DNA of 34,409 bases from Sphingomonas sp. UBA1000 (GCA_002291855.1 DBAW01000209.1:1-34409), one strand, 5' to 3'. Positions 14,639 through 24,341 are shown, counted from the first letter of the stretch. Notes: generated from the letters alone by a model not told the origin. Numbers and translations: made by a program.

Positions 14639-16347
14639 TGCGTTCCTGGTGCCTCCTCGTCGGCACAGGCGGCGATACCGACAAGGTCGAAGCGGTGGCG
14701 GCCGCCTTGACACGCTCCGGCGCGCTCGGGCGCGCGCGCACGGATGGCGGGCTCACGCTGCTCGCAGGCGGCGCGGTAACGGTCCGCCCCCTCGGCGATG
14801 GCATCCTTCTCGGCCACCTGTTTACACGCACCGCCGATCCCGAGTCGGACACCGCCTCCTGGCCTCCGGACGACGACGGCACCGCGTTCGTGCGGCGCCA
14901 TTGGGGCGCCTATGTCGCGGTCCGGCCGGCGGCGGATGGCATCGAGCTGCTCCGCGATCCTTCGGGCATGGCGCCCTGCTATATGGCGCGGTCCGGATCG
15001 GTCTGGTTGGTCACCGATGCGCCGCGGCTCCTGTTCGCGCACGGCTTGCTCACACCCTCGTTCGACTGGCGTATCGTGGCCGCTTCGCTGGTGAGCCATG
15101 ACTGGCGGGGCGAGCAGACGGCGCTCGCGGGAGTCGAGGAAGTGCTGCCCGGGACGGTGGTCTCCGTCGGCCCCGGAGGCCTGGTGCGTCGTCGGGTGTG
15201 GGACGCCTGGAACTTCGCGCGGCCTGCACCCGGGCAGGACTTGTCCGCCGAGGCGCTCGCCGAGACGATCGACCGTTGCATGGCGGCCTGGGCCGGCGTT
15301 TATCGGCGGCCACTCATCGAAATCTCGGGCGGGCTCGATTCCGCCGTCGTCGCCGCGGCCCTGGTGCGCCGCGCGGAGGCACCGCAGCTCATCACCTTCG
15401 CCGCCGGACCGGGCGATCCGACCGAGCTCGGTTACGCGCAGGCAATCGCCGATGATCTCGGACTTCCACTGGAGATCACCCATCCGCAGGTAGAGGATGT
15501 CGACCTCGCCCGGTCGCATGCGTGCGATCTGCCGCGTCCCAATGCCCGCGCGTTCACACAGGCGGCCGATGCGCTGAGTCGCGCGCATGCCGGCACCATC
15601 GGTGCGGACGCGTTCGCCAGCGGCGGCGGGGGCGACGATCTGTTCGGCTATCGCCAGTCGATCGCGCCGGCCATCGACAGGCTGTGGAGTGAAGGCCCCC
15701 GCTTCGCGGTGATCCGCACGCTCGATGACATCGCGCGGGTCAGCCACGCCACCTCATGGGAAGCGGTGACACGGTTCGTCCGCCGGATCGTGGCGCGCCG
15801 TCAGGTCGGGACGGATCGGAACGATATCAGGCTGCTTGCGCCGGAGGCTCGCGGATTGGCAGCCGTCCCGCACAGCGCGGAGGCGTGCGGCAACCGCTCG
15901 ATGCCGGGCAAGGCCGCGCATGTGCGGGCGATCGCCACGCTCTCCAATCACCTTGAGGGTCACGGCCGGGCCTCGTTCGCGCCGGTCCTGTTCCCGCTCC
16001 TGTCGCAGCCGATCGTCGAATTCTGCCTCGCGGTGCCGAGCTGGCGCTGGTGCGAGGGCGGCGAGAACCGTGCGCTCGCGCGCCGCGCCTTCGCCGATCG
16101 CCTGCCGACATGCGTCATCGAGCGCCGCTCGAAGGGCGCCTTCGACGGCTTCTGCGCGCGCCTGTTCGATCGCAACCGCGGGCTTGTCGGCGAGCTGCTG
16201 CTCGAAGGCGGACTGGCCGGCCAGGGCATTCTCGACCGGGCTGCGGTCGAGGCCGCGATCAGGAACCCGGCGCCGTCGGGCGAACTGGTGATGCGCCTGC
16301 TGGCGCTGGTCGATGCGGAGGCGTGGCTGCGGAGCTGGTCGGAGTAG
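14638..16347 (+). CDS. Lasso peptide cyclase (asparagine synthetase-like C protein)
   Basis: WGAYVA, RDPSG, SGGLDS PP-loop, GGGGDDLF, PLLSQP, RRSKG; TGATG overlap with the B gene. Confidence 0.93.
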   Translation: MRSWCLLVGTGGDTDKVEAVAAALTRSGALGRARTDGGLTLLAGGAVTVRPLGDGILLGHLFTRTADPESDTASWPPDDDGTAFVRRHWGAYVAVRPAADGIELLRDPSGMAPCYMARSGSVWLVTDAPRLLFAHGLLTPSFDWRIVAASLVSHDWRGEQTALAGVEEVLPGTVVSVGPGGLVRRRVWDAWNFARPAPGQDLSAEALAETIDRCMAAWAGVYRRPLIEISGGLDSAVVAAALVRRAEAPQLITFAAGPGDPTELGYAQAIADDLGLPLEITHPQVEDVDLARSHACDLPRPNARAFTQAADALSRAHAGTIGADAFASGGGGDDLFGYRQSIAPAIDRLWSEGPRFAVIRTLDDIARVSHATSWEAVTRFVRRIVARRQVGTDRNDIRLLAPEARGLAAVPHSAEACGNRSMPGKAAHVRAIATLSNHLEGHGRASFAPVLFPLLSQPIVEFCLAVPSWRWCEGGENRALARRAFADRLPTCVIERRSKGAFDGFCARLFDRNRGLVGELLLEGGLAGQGILDRAAVEAAIRNPAPSGELVMRLLALVDAEAWLRSWSE

Positions 16348-18427
16348 CCCGCGACCGGGCTGCGAGGGCACGCCAGCGGCTATATTGCTCGCGCTTCGCC
16401 GGCGCTGGATCCTCGCGTCCGTTGAGCCAGAAGTCGAACCAGTCGATCGCCCGATCGTAGATCGCGAGGCGGTGCGCCGGGTGCCATTTCACATGATACT
16501 CGTCGGGAAAGACGTACATCTCGATCGGCGCATGACGCCGGTCGAGCGTGACATAGGTTTCGAGGCCGAGGCGGAACTCGTCGTCAGGAAGCTGGAGAAG
16601 GATCGGCACGTCGATGCGATCGGCATTGGCGGCGAGCGAGTAGCGCCGCCAGAAGGCCGGATCGTCGGCGCCCGGTTCTGGATAGCCCCAGGCGGTGGTG
16701 TCGTTGAGATAGCCGAGGCCGGCGGCGAAGTGCACGCTGCTCGGATCGTCACAGCACGAGCTCATCGCCGCGGCGCGGAATCTGGTCGAATTGATGAGTG
16801 CGAACTGGACGCTGGCCGCACCGTCGCTGAGGCCCGAGATGCCGATCCGGGCGGGATCGACCACGCCCAATGCGATGCTCCGGTCGATGCCGGTCTCGAT
16901 CGCCGACAGCATGCGCCGGCGCTCGGCGAAGCCGGTCATGCCGATCCGGATGAAGCTGGCGAGGTCGCGCGCGCCGGAATCGCTGGCATAGGGCCGGACG
17001 CGGTTGAAGCTCAGCACCGCGAAGCCGCGGCTGGCCAGGGCATGGATCGGATATTCGTCGCCGGTCCCGCCGCGCAGGAAGCCGCGGCTCTGGTACTGGA
17101 CGATGACGAGCGGGTGCCGGTCGCCGGGGCGATGCCCGGGCGGAAGGACGAGATCGCCATAGCCGGCAACGCCTTGCGCGTCCGTCCATCGCAACCGCTG
17201 GACGTGGCCGGTGCGCAGCCGTGCGAAGGCGGGATTGGGATCGTAGATCGTGGTCGCGCGGCCGCTGTCCGGATCGAGGCTGACGATCACTCGTGGGCGG
17301 GTCGGCGTCTCGCGCGCGCAGATCAGTCGCCGCGCGAGCAGCTGGCAGCCGATCAGGGCATCGGTGGTGGCGAGAAGCGGCACCGGCGCCGCCTCGCTGT
17401 CGACGCGCCAGCGATAGAGCGTGGTCGTGCCGCCGTTCTCGGGCGTGCCGCCCTGCATGAAGAGCAGTTCGCCCGGATCGCGCCACCATAGCGCCCCGAC
17501 CGCGTCCGCGCAGGCTTCCATCGTGCAGGTGCGGGTCTGGCCTCCGGTCTCGACCTTAAGGCTGATAGCACCGAGGACGCGTCCTGGATCGGTCGGCGAG
17601 GTCCAGGCGCGGACGCCGCTCTCCGATTGGGCGAAGAGCCGTGCGTCGGTAGGCCGATCGGACAAGTCTTTGTCGAGCGCAACGGCGGCCGCGATCGTGC
17701 CGCCCGTCTCCGGGTCGACCAGCCGGTCCGTCTTCGGCAGCGGCAGCCTCGGACGCGGCCGGTCCTTGGACAAGGTCCAGAAGCGTTCGTCATAGAGAAA
17801 GCCGCTACGCCCTTCGCGCTCGATCGCGGCGTTCGCGGTCGCCATCGGCCGGGTGGTGACGATCAGCGCCCTGCCGTCCTCGGACCAGCGGACGGCGCGC
17901 ACGTCCTCAGCGTCATGCGTCACCGGTCCCGCGAAGCTTCCGTCGCTCCGCGCACGCCAAGCCTGGGTCACACCCCGGTCACGCCTGAGATAGACGAGCC
18001 AGCGACCGCCGGGCGACCATAGCGGCGTCACCGGCTGTTCGGTGCCCACCGGCAGGTCGGGAACGCCGTGGCTGTCGCCGCGCGCGAGGATGAATTCGCC
18101 GCCGACGTCGATGAGCCGCGGCGGCCTGGCGCGGTCGAGCGGCACGACGACGATCCCGATGCAATAGCGATCGGTATCGGGATCGGCCCGGCGCAGAGCG
18201 ATCGCGAGCTCGGTGCCGTCGGGTGAGAGGCTGAACGGCGACGGTCCGGACAGCGCAGTGTCGGATCGTCCGAAATCGCGCAGCGCGACAAGATCGCGCG
18301 GGGTGACATCGCGCGCTACCGCAGGCTCCCCCGATATCAGCCGCGTGCGGCAGCTCTCGGCCATGGCGGCCGATGGAACCATTAGCCATGCCGCCGCGAG
18401 GCCATAGCGCAGCACGGGTCTCACCAT
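16259..18427 (-). CDS. Lasso peptide isopeptidase (AtxE2-like, S9 prolyl oligopeptidase family)
   Basis: Signal peptide; beta-propeller segments (SPDG, WSPGG, WSEDG); GFLRGGTGDEYP; GLSDG nucleophile elbow; FPDEYHVKWHPAHR. Confidence 0.92.
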   Translation of the reverse strand: MVRPVLRYGLAAAWLMVPSAAMAESCRTRLISGEPAVARDVTPRDLVALRDFGRSDTALSGPSPFSLSPDGTELAIALRRADPDTDRYCIGIVVVPLDRARPPRLIDVGGEFILARGDSHGVPDLPVGTEQPVTPLWSPGGRWLVYLRRDRGVTQAWRARSDGSFAGPVTHDAEDVRAVRWSEDGRALIVTTRPMATANAAIEREGRSGFLYDERFWTLSKDRPRPRLPLPKTDRLVDPETGGTIAAAVALDKDLSDRPTDARLFAQSESGVRAWTSPTDPGRVLGAISLKVETGGQTRTCTMEACADAVGALWWRDPGELLFMQGGTPENGGTTTLYRWRVDSEAAPVPLLATTDALIGCQLLARRLICARETPTRPRVIVSLDPDSGRATTIYDPNPAFARLRTGHVQRLRWTDAQGVAGYGDLVLPPGHRPGDRHPLVIVQYQSRGFLRGGTGDEYPIHALASRGFAVLSFNRVRPYASDSGARDLASFIRIGMTGFAERRRMLSAIETGIDRSIALGVVDPARIGISGLSDGAASVQFALINSTRFRAAAMSSCCDDPSSVHFAAGLGYLNDTTAWGYPEPGADDPAFWRRYSLAANADRIDVPILLQLPDDEFRLGLETYVTLDRRHAPIEMYVFPDEYHVKWHPAHRLAIYDRAIDWFDFWLNGREDPAPAKREQYSRWRALAARSRATPTSSAATPPHRPAPAGASPVRPTAPGS

Positions 18428-21363
18428 TTCTTGGTAACCGTGAGCGAGACGACCCGGCCGAGCGGGCTGGCGTTGTCCGGATCGAACCCGACCGAGAAGG
18501 GGCCGAGGAAATAGGCCGCCTTGGGCGGATCGCGGTCGAACAGGTTGGTGGCGCTCAGCGCGATGTTGAGATCATGGTCGGTTCCGGCTTTGCCGAAGCG
18601 ATAGCCGATCTGCAGATCGAACGTCGTCCACGAATGGACCTTCTGCGGCGTGGCGTTGGTGAGGTTGGTGTAGCCGTCGAGATAATTGCCGAACACGAAG
18701 ATGCTGAGGCGGTCGTCGGACCAGCCGGCGCGGCCACGCAGGCGCAGGTCGACCGGGTTGCCGAGCCGGTCCACGACATCGGTCGAAGGCGCGGTGGCGG
18801 TGAGCGCCTGGTCGATATGGAAGATGTAGGCGCCGGTCAGGCCGACATCGGCCTTCCCGCCGAGGACGTCGAAACCGTAGCCGAGATCGAGATCCAGCCC
18901 GCTTTGCTTCACGGTCGAGAGATTCTGCAGCCGGGCGTCGATCAGCAGCGAAATCTGGCTGGGCGTCAGGTTGAAGGGGTTCTGGAAGACCGGAGAGGCG
19001 AAGTAGCTCTGGATCGTCGCGAGCGAAGGATTGGCATCGATGATGCCGGCATAGGTCGCGCGGTTGACCAGGAAGTTGAGCAGGTTCGCCGCCGGCGAAG
19101 CGATGCGGTCGCGATAGTGGATGTTGTAGTAGGTCAGGCTGAGCTGGAGGTTGGGGATCGACGGCGGCCGCACGTCCGCGCCGAGGGTCCAGCTCGTTGC
19201 CCGCTCGGGACGCAGGTCCGGATCGTTGCCGCGCAGCACCAGCACGTTGGTCTGGCCGGTCGGAGAAGCCGGATCGGGCAAGGTATAGGCGAAGAACAGC
19301 GAATTGGCCGGGTCCTGCCGCAGGTTGTTGAAGTTGGGGGCGCGGAACGACTTGCCCCAGGTGCCGCGCACGGTCAGGCCCGGGAAGGGTTCCCAGGCGA
19401 TGCCGATTTTCGGATTGGTGGTGGTCCCGAAGTCGCTGTAGCGCTCGGTCCGCACCGCCGCCGAGAGGTCGAGCCGCCGAAACCCCGGCAGCGTGAAATC
19501 CTCGCCAAATACCGGTACGTGCACTTCGCCGTAGAGCGCGCGGACCCGGCGCGGCCCGGGCAAGGCGATCGGCGCGAGCGTCACGGGCGTCAGCGTGCTG
19601 ACGTCGCTGATCGTCGCGTTGTCGTTGTACCGCTCCTCGCGATATTCGCCACCGACCGCCAGCCGGATGTCTCCGCCCGGAAGCGTGGCGAGCGGCCCAT
19701 CCGCCCGCAGCGCCGCCGACCACACCGTGCCGCTGTTGCCCGAGCGGGTGGAACCGCGGACCTTGGCGATCGTCGCGGGATTGGTGGAGGGGCCGTCGCC
19801 GAACAGGTTGTAGGCCGTCGCAGGATCGGTGTCGGCCAGTGCGGCATTGAGCCGGGCGGTGTTCACCCGGTTGGAGATTGTGGTGCGCTCGGTCTGACGC
19901 CCCCAGGTGCCGTGCAGGTCTATGTTCCAGCGGCCGAGGTCGGCATCGAGTCCGAGGCTGCCGCCATAGGCTTCGACCCGGCCGCTGGTCGTCTCCGGAC
20001 CGAGATCGCGCACGAAGCTGTACTGGACACGCACCGGCTGCCGGGTGCCGATGGGGTCGACATAGAAGGGATTGGTCACCGGCACGGTGCGGGCGGCATT
20101 GCTGATCGGCCGCTCGCGCTGGGTGAAGCTGCGCGACGAATAGAGGCCACGGGCATAGAGCCGGACGTTCGGCGCGAGCTCCTGGGTGGCGGCGGCGAAG
20201 ACCGAGTGCCGACGCTGGTCCGGGAGCAGGTCGGCATCGGTCCAGTCGTTGCCGAGGTTGAACGTGCCCGCCACCAGATCGCCCGGCTTCAGACTGCGAC
20301 CATCCTGTCCGCGCGGGATCGCGAAGGTACGGCCGTTCGCGGCGATGATGGTTCCCGGGTTGGCGTAGCGGGTGCGATTGTCGGTGCCGCCATAGTTTCG
20401 CAGATCGTCGGTGGCATAGGCCCGGTCCGCCGCGGCCAAGCGCGTCCGATGGTAATATTCGTAGGCGATCATCGCCTGCCCGCCCGACCAGCGGGTGCCG
20501 ATGAGCTGGCTCGCGACGATGTCTTGGGAATCGCCGTCGGCGGTGCCGATCCGGAACTTGGTTTCGGCGCCGGTGAAGTTGAGCCGCGGGATGATGTTGA
20601 CGACGCCTGCAACCGCGTCCGATCCGTAGATCGCGGAAGCCCCATCGGCGACGATCTCGATCCGTTCGATCGCGGACGCCGGAATCATAGAGACATCGCT
20701 GAACACGCCGGAGAAGCCGCCGAGCGGCGGCCGATCGCCGTTCAGCAGGACCAGCGTCGATCCAGTGCCGAGCCCGCGTAGGTTGATGCTCGAACCGGCC
20801 GCGGTGTTGAACCCTGAGTCCGAATTGAACGACCCGGCGCCGTTGCCCTCGTTGGGAGAACCCCCGAAATTCTGCGGGATGGTCTGGGCGATGTCCTGCG
20901 TCGTGGCATAGCCGCTGCGCTCAATCGCCTGCCGATCGACGACAGTCACGGTCGAGCCCACCGGGCCGGACCCGCGAATGCGGGTTCCGGTGACGACGAT
21001 CTCGCCCGAGGGTGCCCCTTGATCCCCTGGATCGCTGTCGCTGGGCCGGACGCGCTCGATCAGCAGTCCGTCGCCTACCCGGCGCGCGGTCAGCCCCGAA
21101 CCTGCGAGCAGCGCTTCGACGACTTCGCCGAGCGTATAGTCCCCTCGGATTGCCGGTGCCGTCCTGCCCCGAAGCAGTTCCGCGGGAGCGGCGATATTGC
21201 GCCCCGACCGCATCGAAACTTCGCGGAGCGACCGGGCAAGCGGCTGGGCGGGTAGATCGTAGCGCGGCCGTTGCTCCTGGGCGGCGGCTGCGGGAGCCAG
21301 GGGCGCGGACAGGCCCGCGACGGAAATGGACAGAGCAAGCGCGACCTTCGGAACAATCGACAT
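18421..21363 (-). CDS. TonB-dependent receptor with an N-terminal signalling (STN) domain
   Basis: Signal peptide; YDLPAQPL..LLAGSGL signalling domain; EIVVTGTRI TonB box; INLRGLG and IERIEIVADGASAIYGSDAVAGVVNI plug; NLFDRDPP; C-terminal aromatic W. Confidence 0.95.
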   Translation of the reverse strand: MSIVPKVALALSISVAGLSAPLAPAAAAQEQRPRYDLPAQPLARSLREVSMRSGRNIAAPAELLRGRTAPAIRGDYTLGEVVEALLAGSGLTARRVGDGLLIERVRPSDSDPGDQGAPSGEIVVTGTRIRGSGPVGSTVTVVDRQAIERSGYATTQDIAQTIPQNFGGSPNEGNGAGSFNSDSGFNTAAGSSINLRGLGTGSTLVLLNGDRPPLGGFSGVFSDVSMIPASAIERIEIVADGASAIYGSDAVAGVVNIIPRLNFTGAETKFRIGTADGDSQDIVASQLIGTRWSGGQAMIAYEYYHRTRLAAADRAYATDDLRNYGGTDNRTRYANPGTIIAANGRTFAIPRGQDGRSLKPGDLVAGTFNLGNDWTDADLLPDQRRHSVFAAATQELAPNVRLYARGLYSSRSFTQRERPISNAARTVPVTNPFYVDPIGTRQPVRVQYSFVRDLGPETTSGRVEAYGGSLGLDADLGRWNIDLHGTWGRQTERTTISNRVNTARLNAALADTDPATAYNLFGDGPSTNPATIAKVRGSTRSGNSGTVWSAALRADGPLATLPGGDIRLAVGGEYREERYNDNATISDVSTLTPVTLAPIALPGPRRVRALYGEVHVPVFGEDFTLPGFRRLDLSAAVRTERYSDFGTTTNPKIGIAWEPFPGLTVRGTWGKSFRAPNFNNLRQDPANSLFFAYTLPDPASPTGQTNVLVLRGNDPDLRPERATSWTLGADVRPPSIPNLQLSLTYYNIHYRDRIASPAANLLNFLVNRATYAGIIDANPSLATIQSYFASPVFQNPFNLTPSQISLLIDARLQNLSTVKQSGLDLDLGYGFDVLGGKADVGLTGAYIFHIDQALTATAPSTDVVDRLGNPVDLRLRGRAGWSDDRLSIFVFGNYLDGYTNLTNATPQKVHSWTTFDLQIGYRFGKAGTDHDLNIALSATNLFDRDPPKAAYFLGPFSVGFDPDNASPLGRVVSLTVTKKW

Positions 21364-21444
21364 TCGTGTCTTCCCCCTTTGCGCACGCCTACGTGGCGTT
21401 GCTTGGGGGACTTCGACGCGACTGCGCCCCGCTACCCTGGGAAA

Positions 21445-22428
21445 TTATTTGCCGGGCTCGAGGACCAGGTTGTCGGCTTCGTCGCGCTCGATGCTCAGAT
21501 CGAACATCGACCCGATCATTTCGGCGAGCTGCGCCGGTTCGCCTGCCTTGAACGTGCCGGTGAAGCGACGCTCACCGCCCATAGGATCGCGAAGGACGAT
21601 CTGGGTTTGGCTGTAGCGGTTCGCCGAGGCCACCACATCGGCGAGCGGCGCGTCCTCGAAGGACAGCATGCCCGAGGGCCAGCGCGTTTCCGGGACCTTG
21701 ATAGCGACCGGCGCGGCCGGGGCCTGGCTTCCGATCAGAGCGAGTTGCTGGCCCGGTCTCAGCATTGTCGAAGTTGCGGGCATGCCGACGGCGGCGGGCC
21801 GGCGAACCTCGACCGAGCCTTGCAGCAACACCACCAAGGTCCTCGCTTCCCCCAGGTCGACATCGAAAACGGTTCCGTGGGCCACCACTTCGCCCGATCC
21901 GGCAGCGACGACGAAAGGCCGCCGCGTATCATGCGCGACCTCGAAACGCGCACGACCCCGCTCGAGCTGAAAGCGACGCTGCTCGCCGTCGAAGCGCACC
22001 TGCACCACGCTGTTCGTATCGAGCGTGACGCGCGAGCCGTCCTCGAGGGTGAAGGTGCGGATCTCGCCGACCCTGCTCGCCAGCATGGTTTGGGATGCCA
22101 CGTTGTGCCGGCCGGTGCCGGTGAGAACGAGGCCACCGGCAACGAACAGTAGCAATAGCGCGGCCACAGCGGCGGCGGCCTTCCACCATGACGGGCCGGC
22201 GGCGAGTCGCGGCTGCCGTGCGAAGGGCGTTCGCGATACGAGCGCGGTGTCGTCCCAGCTGTCGAGCAACGCGTCATAGGTATCGGCGTGCTGCGGATCG
22301 GCGGCGTACCAGGTCTCGAAGTCCGCGATGTCCCGGTCGGCCGGCCCGGCTCGCAAGCGGGCGAGCCAGGCAATCGCCTGCTCGCGCACCGCCTCGGGCG
22401 CGCCGGGGTCCATCCTTCGCTGCTCCAT
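21445..22428 (-). CDS. fecR: FecR-family anti-sigma factor
   Basis: EQAIAWLARL, FETWYAADPQH, one TM helix, LEDGSRVTLDTNS, GRARFEVAHD..RPFVV, GTVF. Confidence 0.93.
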   Translation of the reverse strand: MEQRRMDPGAPEAVREQAIAWLARLRAGPADRDIADFETWYAADPQHADTYDALLDSWDDTALVSRTPFARQPRLAAGPSWWKAAAAVAALLLLFVAGGLVLTGTGRHNVASQTMLASRVGEIRTFTLEDGSRVTLDTNSVVQVRFDGEQRRFQLERGRARFEVAHDTRRPFVVAAGSGEVVAHGTVFDVDLGEARTLVVLLQGSVEVRRPAAVGMPATSTMLRPGQQLALIGSQAPAAPVAIKVPETRWPSGMLSFEDAPLADVVASANRYSQTQIVLRDPMGGERRFTGTFKAGEPAQLAEMIGSMFDLSIERDEADNLVLEPGK

Positions 22429-23003
22429 CAGCGTCTCAGGACTCGATCGAGATGATCAATTGCCTTCGTCATGTGCCACTCGACGCCTTTTACGCTCAAG
22501 CCGGATCGCTCCGCGATCTGCTTGTAGCTCAATCCGTCTAGGCGGTGGGCGAGGAATATCTCGCGGGTCTTCGGTTTCAGGCGCATCAACGCAGTCTGGA
22601 GCCGGTTGAGCTTGTCTCGCGCTTCGAGCGCCGCGACCAGATCGGGTCCGGCCAGGGGAACTTCGTCCGCCGCGACATGGCTTGCGAGCGATCGCTGCAC
22701 GGCCGACTTGGCGCGGTCGCGCAGCAGGTTCGTGGCGATCTGGTTGAGATACGCCTCGGGGCATTCGATGGCCCGCTCGCGGCAAGCATCGGAGTTCGCG
22801 AAACGGACGAAACTCTCGTGCACGAGGTCGCCGGCATCCTGCCGGTCGGCACGACGGGAGAAATAGCGCAGCAGCCGCGGTCCATGGGCACGATAGAGAT
22901 CGTCCAGAGCCAGGGAGGGGCGAACGACGCGGTCCTCCGGCGGCAGCGGATCATCCTCGTCCAGCCGGGGAATGGTGGCGGGCCGGAGAAAGCCGCCGAT
23001 CAT
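22428..23003 (-). CDS. ECF sigma-70 factor (FecI-like)
   Basis: DAGDLVHESFVR, AYLNQIATNLLRD, LKPKTREIFLAHRLDGLSYKQIAERSGLSVKGVEWHM; stop overlaps the fecR start. Confidence 0.92.
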   Translation of the reverse strand: MIGGFLRPATIPRLDEDDPLPPEDRVVRPSLALDDLYRAHGPRLLRYFSRRADRQDAGDLVHESFVRFANSDACRERAIECPEAYLNQIATNLLRDRAKSAVQRSLASHVAADEVPLAGPDLVAALEARDKLNRLQTALMRLKPKTREIFLAHRLDGLSYKQIAERSGLSVKGVEWHMTKAIDHLDRVLRR

Positions 23004-23506
23004 CGGCGCCGCCAGTGGCGACTTGCGGAGACCGCCTTCCTACATTCCCTAGCGCTGTACCTGTCGACCATGCCCGTCCGACCCACAACCGTGAGCGCTC
23101 GCGGGCGAAAGCCGGGTGTTGAGAACATGCTTGAGACATGCGCCGACGCCTTTGGCCGCAAGCGGCTTGGACATGCGCATCGGCCACCCGGCCGAATGGG
23201 TGCGGGTCTCGACTCTCAAGCGAGGTTCTCACGCCTCGGCGCCACCCTTGTGGCGCGCAATGAGACTAGCCCGAAGACGGCGATACGCAACCCGTTCCGC
23301 ATGGAATGAAAATCCGAGCTCATTCGGAACTGGGAAGCGGGGAGCTTCATCTTGAAAGTAGATGTCCTGCTCCCCATTTATACGTTCGGCCGTCTCGCCA
23401 GACCTGCCGCCGGGTCAAAGCTGACACTCCCAATCGACAGATCGACCATTCGTGTTTGGTCGATGCTTAATCGGCGGACATCGACCCAGATGCGAAGGAT
23501 TGATCT

Positions 23507-24310
23507 GTGGCATCCGTTTCCCTGACTGACGAAGGCCTGCGCGCCGTCAAGCGCGCGCTCGTGTCGCGTTTTCCCGAAGACAAGTCGTCACACCTGACCG
23601 AGGCCCTTGCTGCCGCGTGCGGCTTCCGCACCCATGCATCCCTCCTTGCCGCGGTGCGCGACACCGATCCCGACGACCCGAACTTCGTCCTGTTGGACGA
23701 GGCGGCATTCCTCTCCCGGCGAGCGGACCTGCGTGGCGAGCCTTGCGAGCCCGATGACGAGCACATGCTTTTCGACTGGCTGGGGCTCGAGCACGGCACG
23801 CATGTGCTCAAGACCACCTCCACCAAGTATCACGAGGTCGACTATTCCAAGTCGAGCCGCCGACGTGCATGGCGCAACGCGATGGTGGCAGGGATCAACG
23901 AAGGCCTCGCGCGCCGCTTCTTCTCTTTGCGGGCCGGCGACAACCGCTGGCCGGGCGCCGATCGCGAGCCCCACGAGCAGAAGACGGCTCACGTCTATCG
24001 TTTTGCGATCGGCGACATTCCCGCCATCGCTTCGCTCTCGGACGCCGGCTGGGATGAGATTTCGGTCCATGTCGCCCTCTGGCCCGCGAACGATGCGGAA
24101 TATTGGATTCCTGCAGGCAATGCGGGCTTCCATGCCGGCGAGTTGTTCGCCTCGGGATGGCTTGAGCGCCGCAACGGCGCCTGGCTTCAGGTTTCGTCCG
24201 ACAGCAACAATGCGTGGAGCTTCCGCTGCCGCAAGCATCGATTGGCGGAAGCCGCTGCGCTGGAGTTGCGACCGGCCGGTTACGCTGATCGCGGAAACTT
24301 CGCACTCTGA
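23507..24310 (+). CDS. Hypothetical protein (267 aa)
   Basis: GTG start with AAGGA RBS; protein-like composition; N-terminal SSHLTEALAAACGFRTHASL helical motif; followed by a hairpin. Confidence 0.75.
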   Translation: MASVSLTDEGLRAVKRALVSRFPEDKSSHLTEALAAACGFRTHASLLAAVRDTDPDDPNFVLLDEAAFLSRRADLRGEPCEPDDEHMLFDWLGLEHGTHVLKTTSTKYHEVDYSKSSRRRAWRNAMVAGINEGLARRFFSLRAGDNRWPGADREPHEQKTAHVYRFAIGDIPAIASLSDAGWDEISVHVALWPANDAEYWIPAGNAGFHAGELFASGWLERRNGAWLQVSSDSNNAWSFRCRKHRLAEAAALELRPAGYADRGNFAL

Positions 24311-24320
24311 AGCCATCGAA

Positions 24321-24341
24321 GTGCCCCTGTGCCAGGGGCAC
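24321..24341 (+). terminator. Hairpin downstream of the hypothetical gene
   Basis: GTGCCCCTG-tgc-CAGGGGCAC perfect 9-bp stem, 10 nt after the stop; weak U tail. Confidence 0.45.

Noticed and set aside
18373-20781. 802-aa plus-strand ORF
   Set aside because: Antisense shadow of the TonB-dependent receptor, typical of high-GC codon bias.
22951-23232. 93-aa ORF upstream of the sigma factor
   Set aside because: No recognisable motif or convincing RBS, and it overlaps the sigma gene out of frame.
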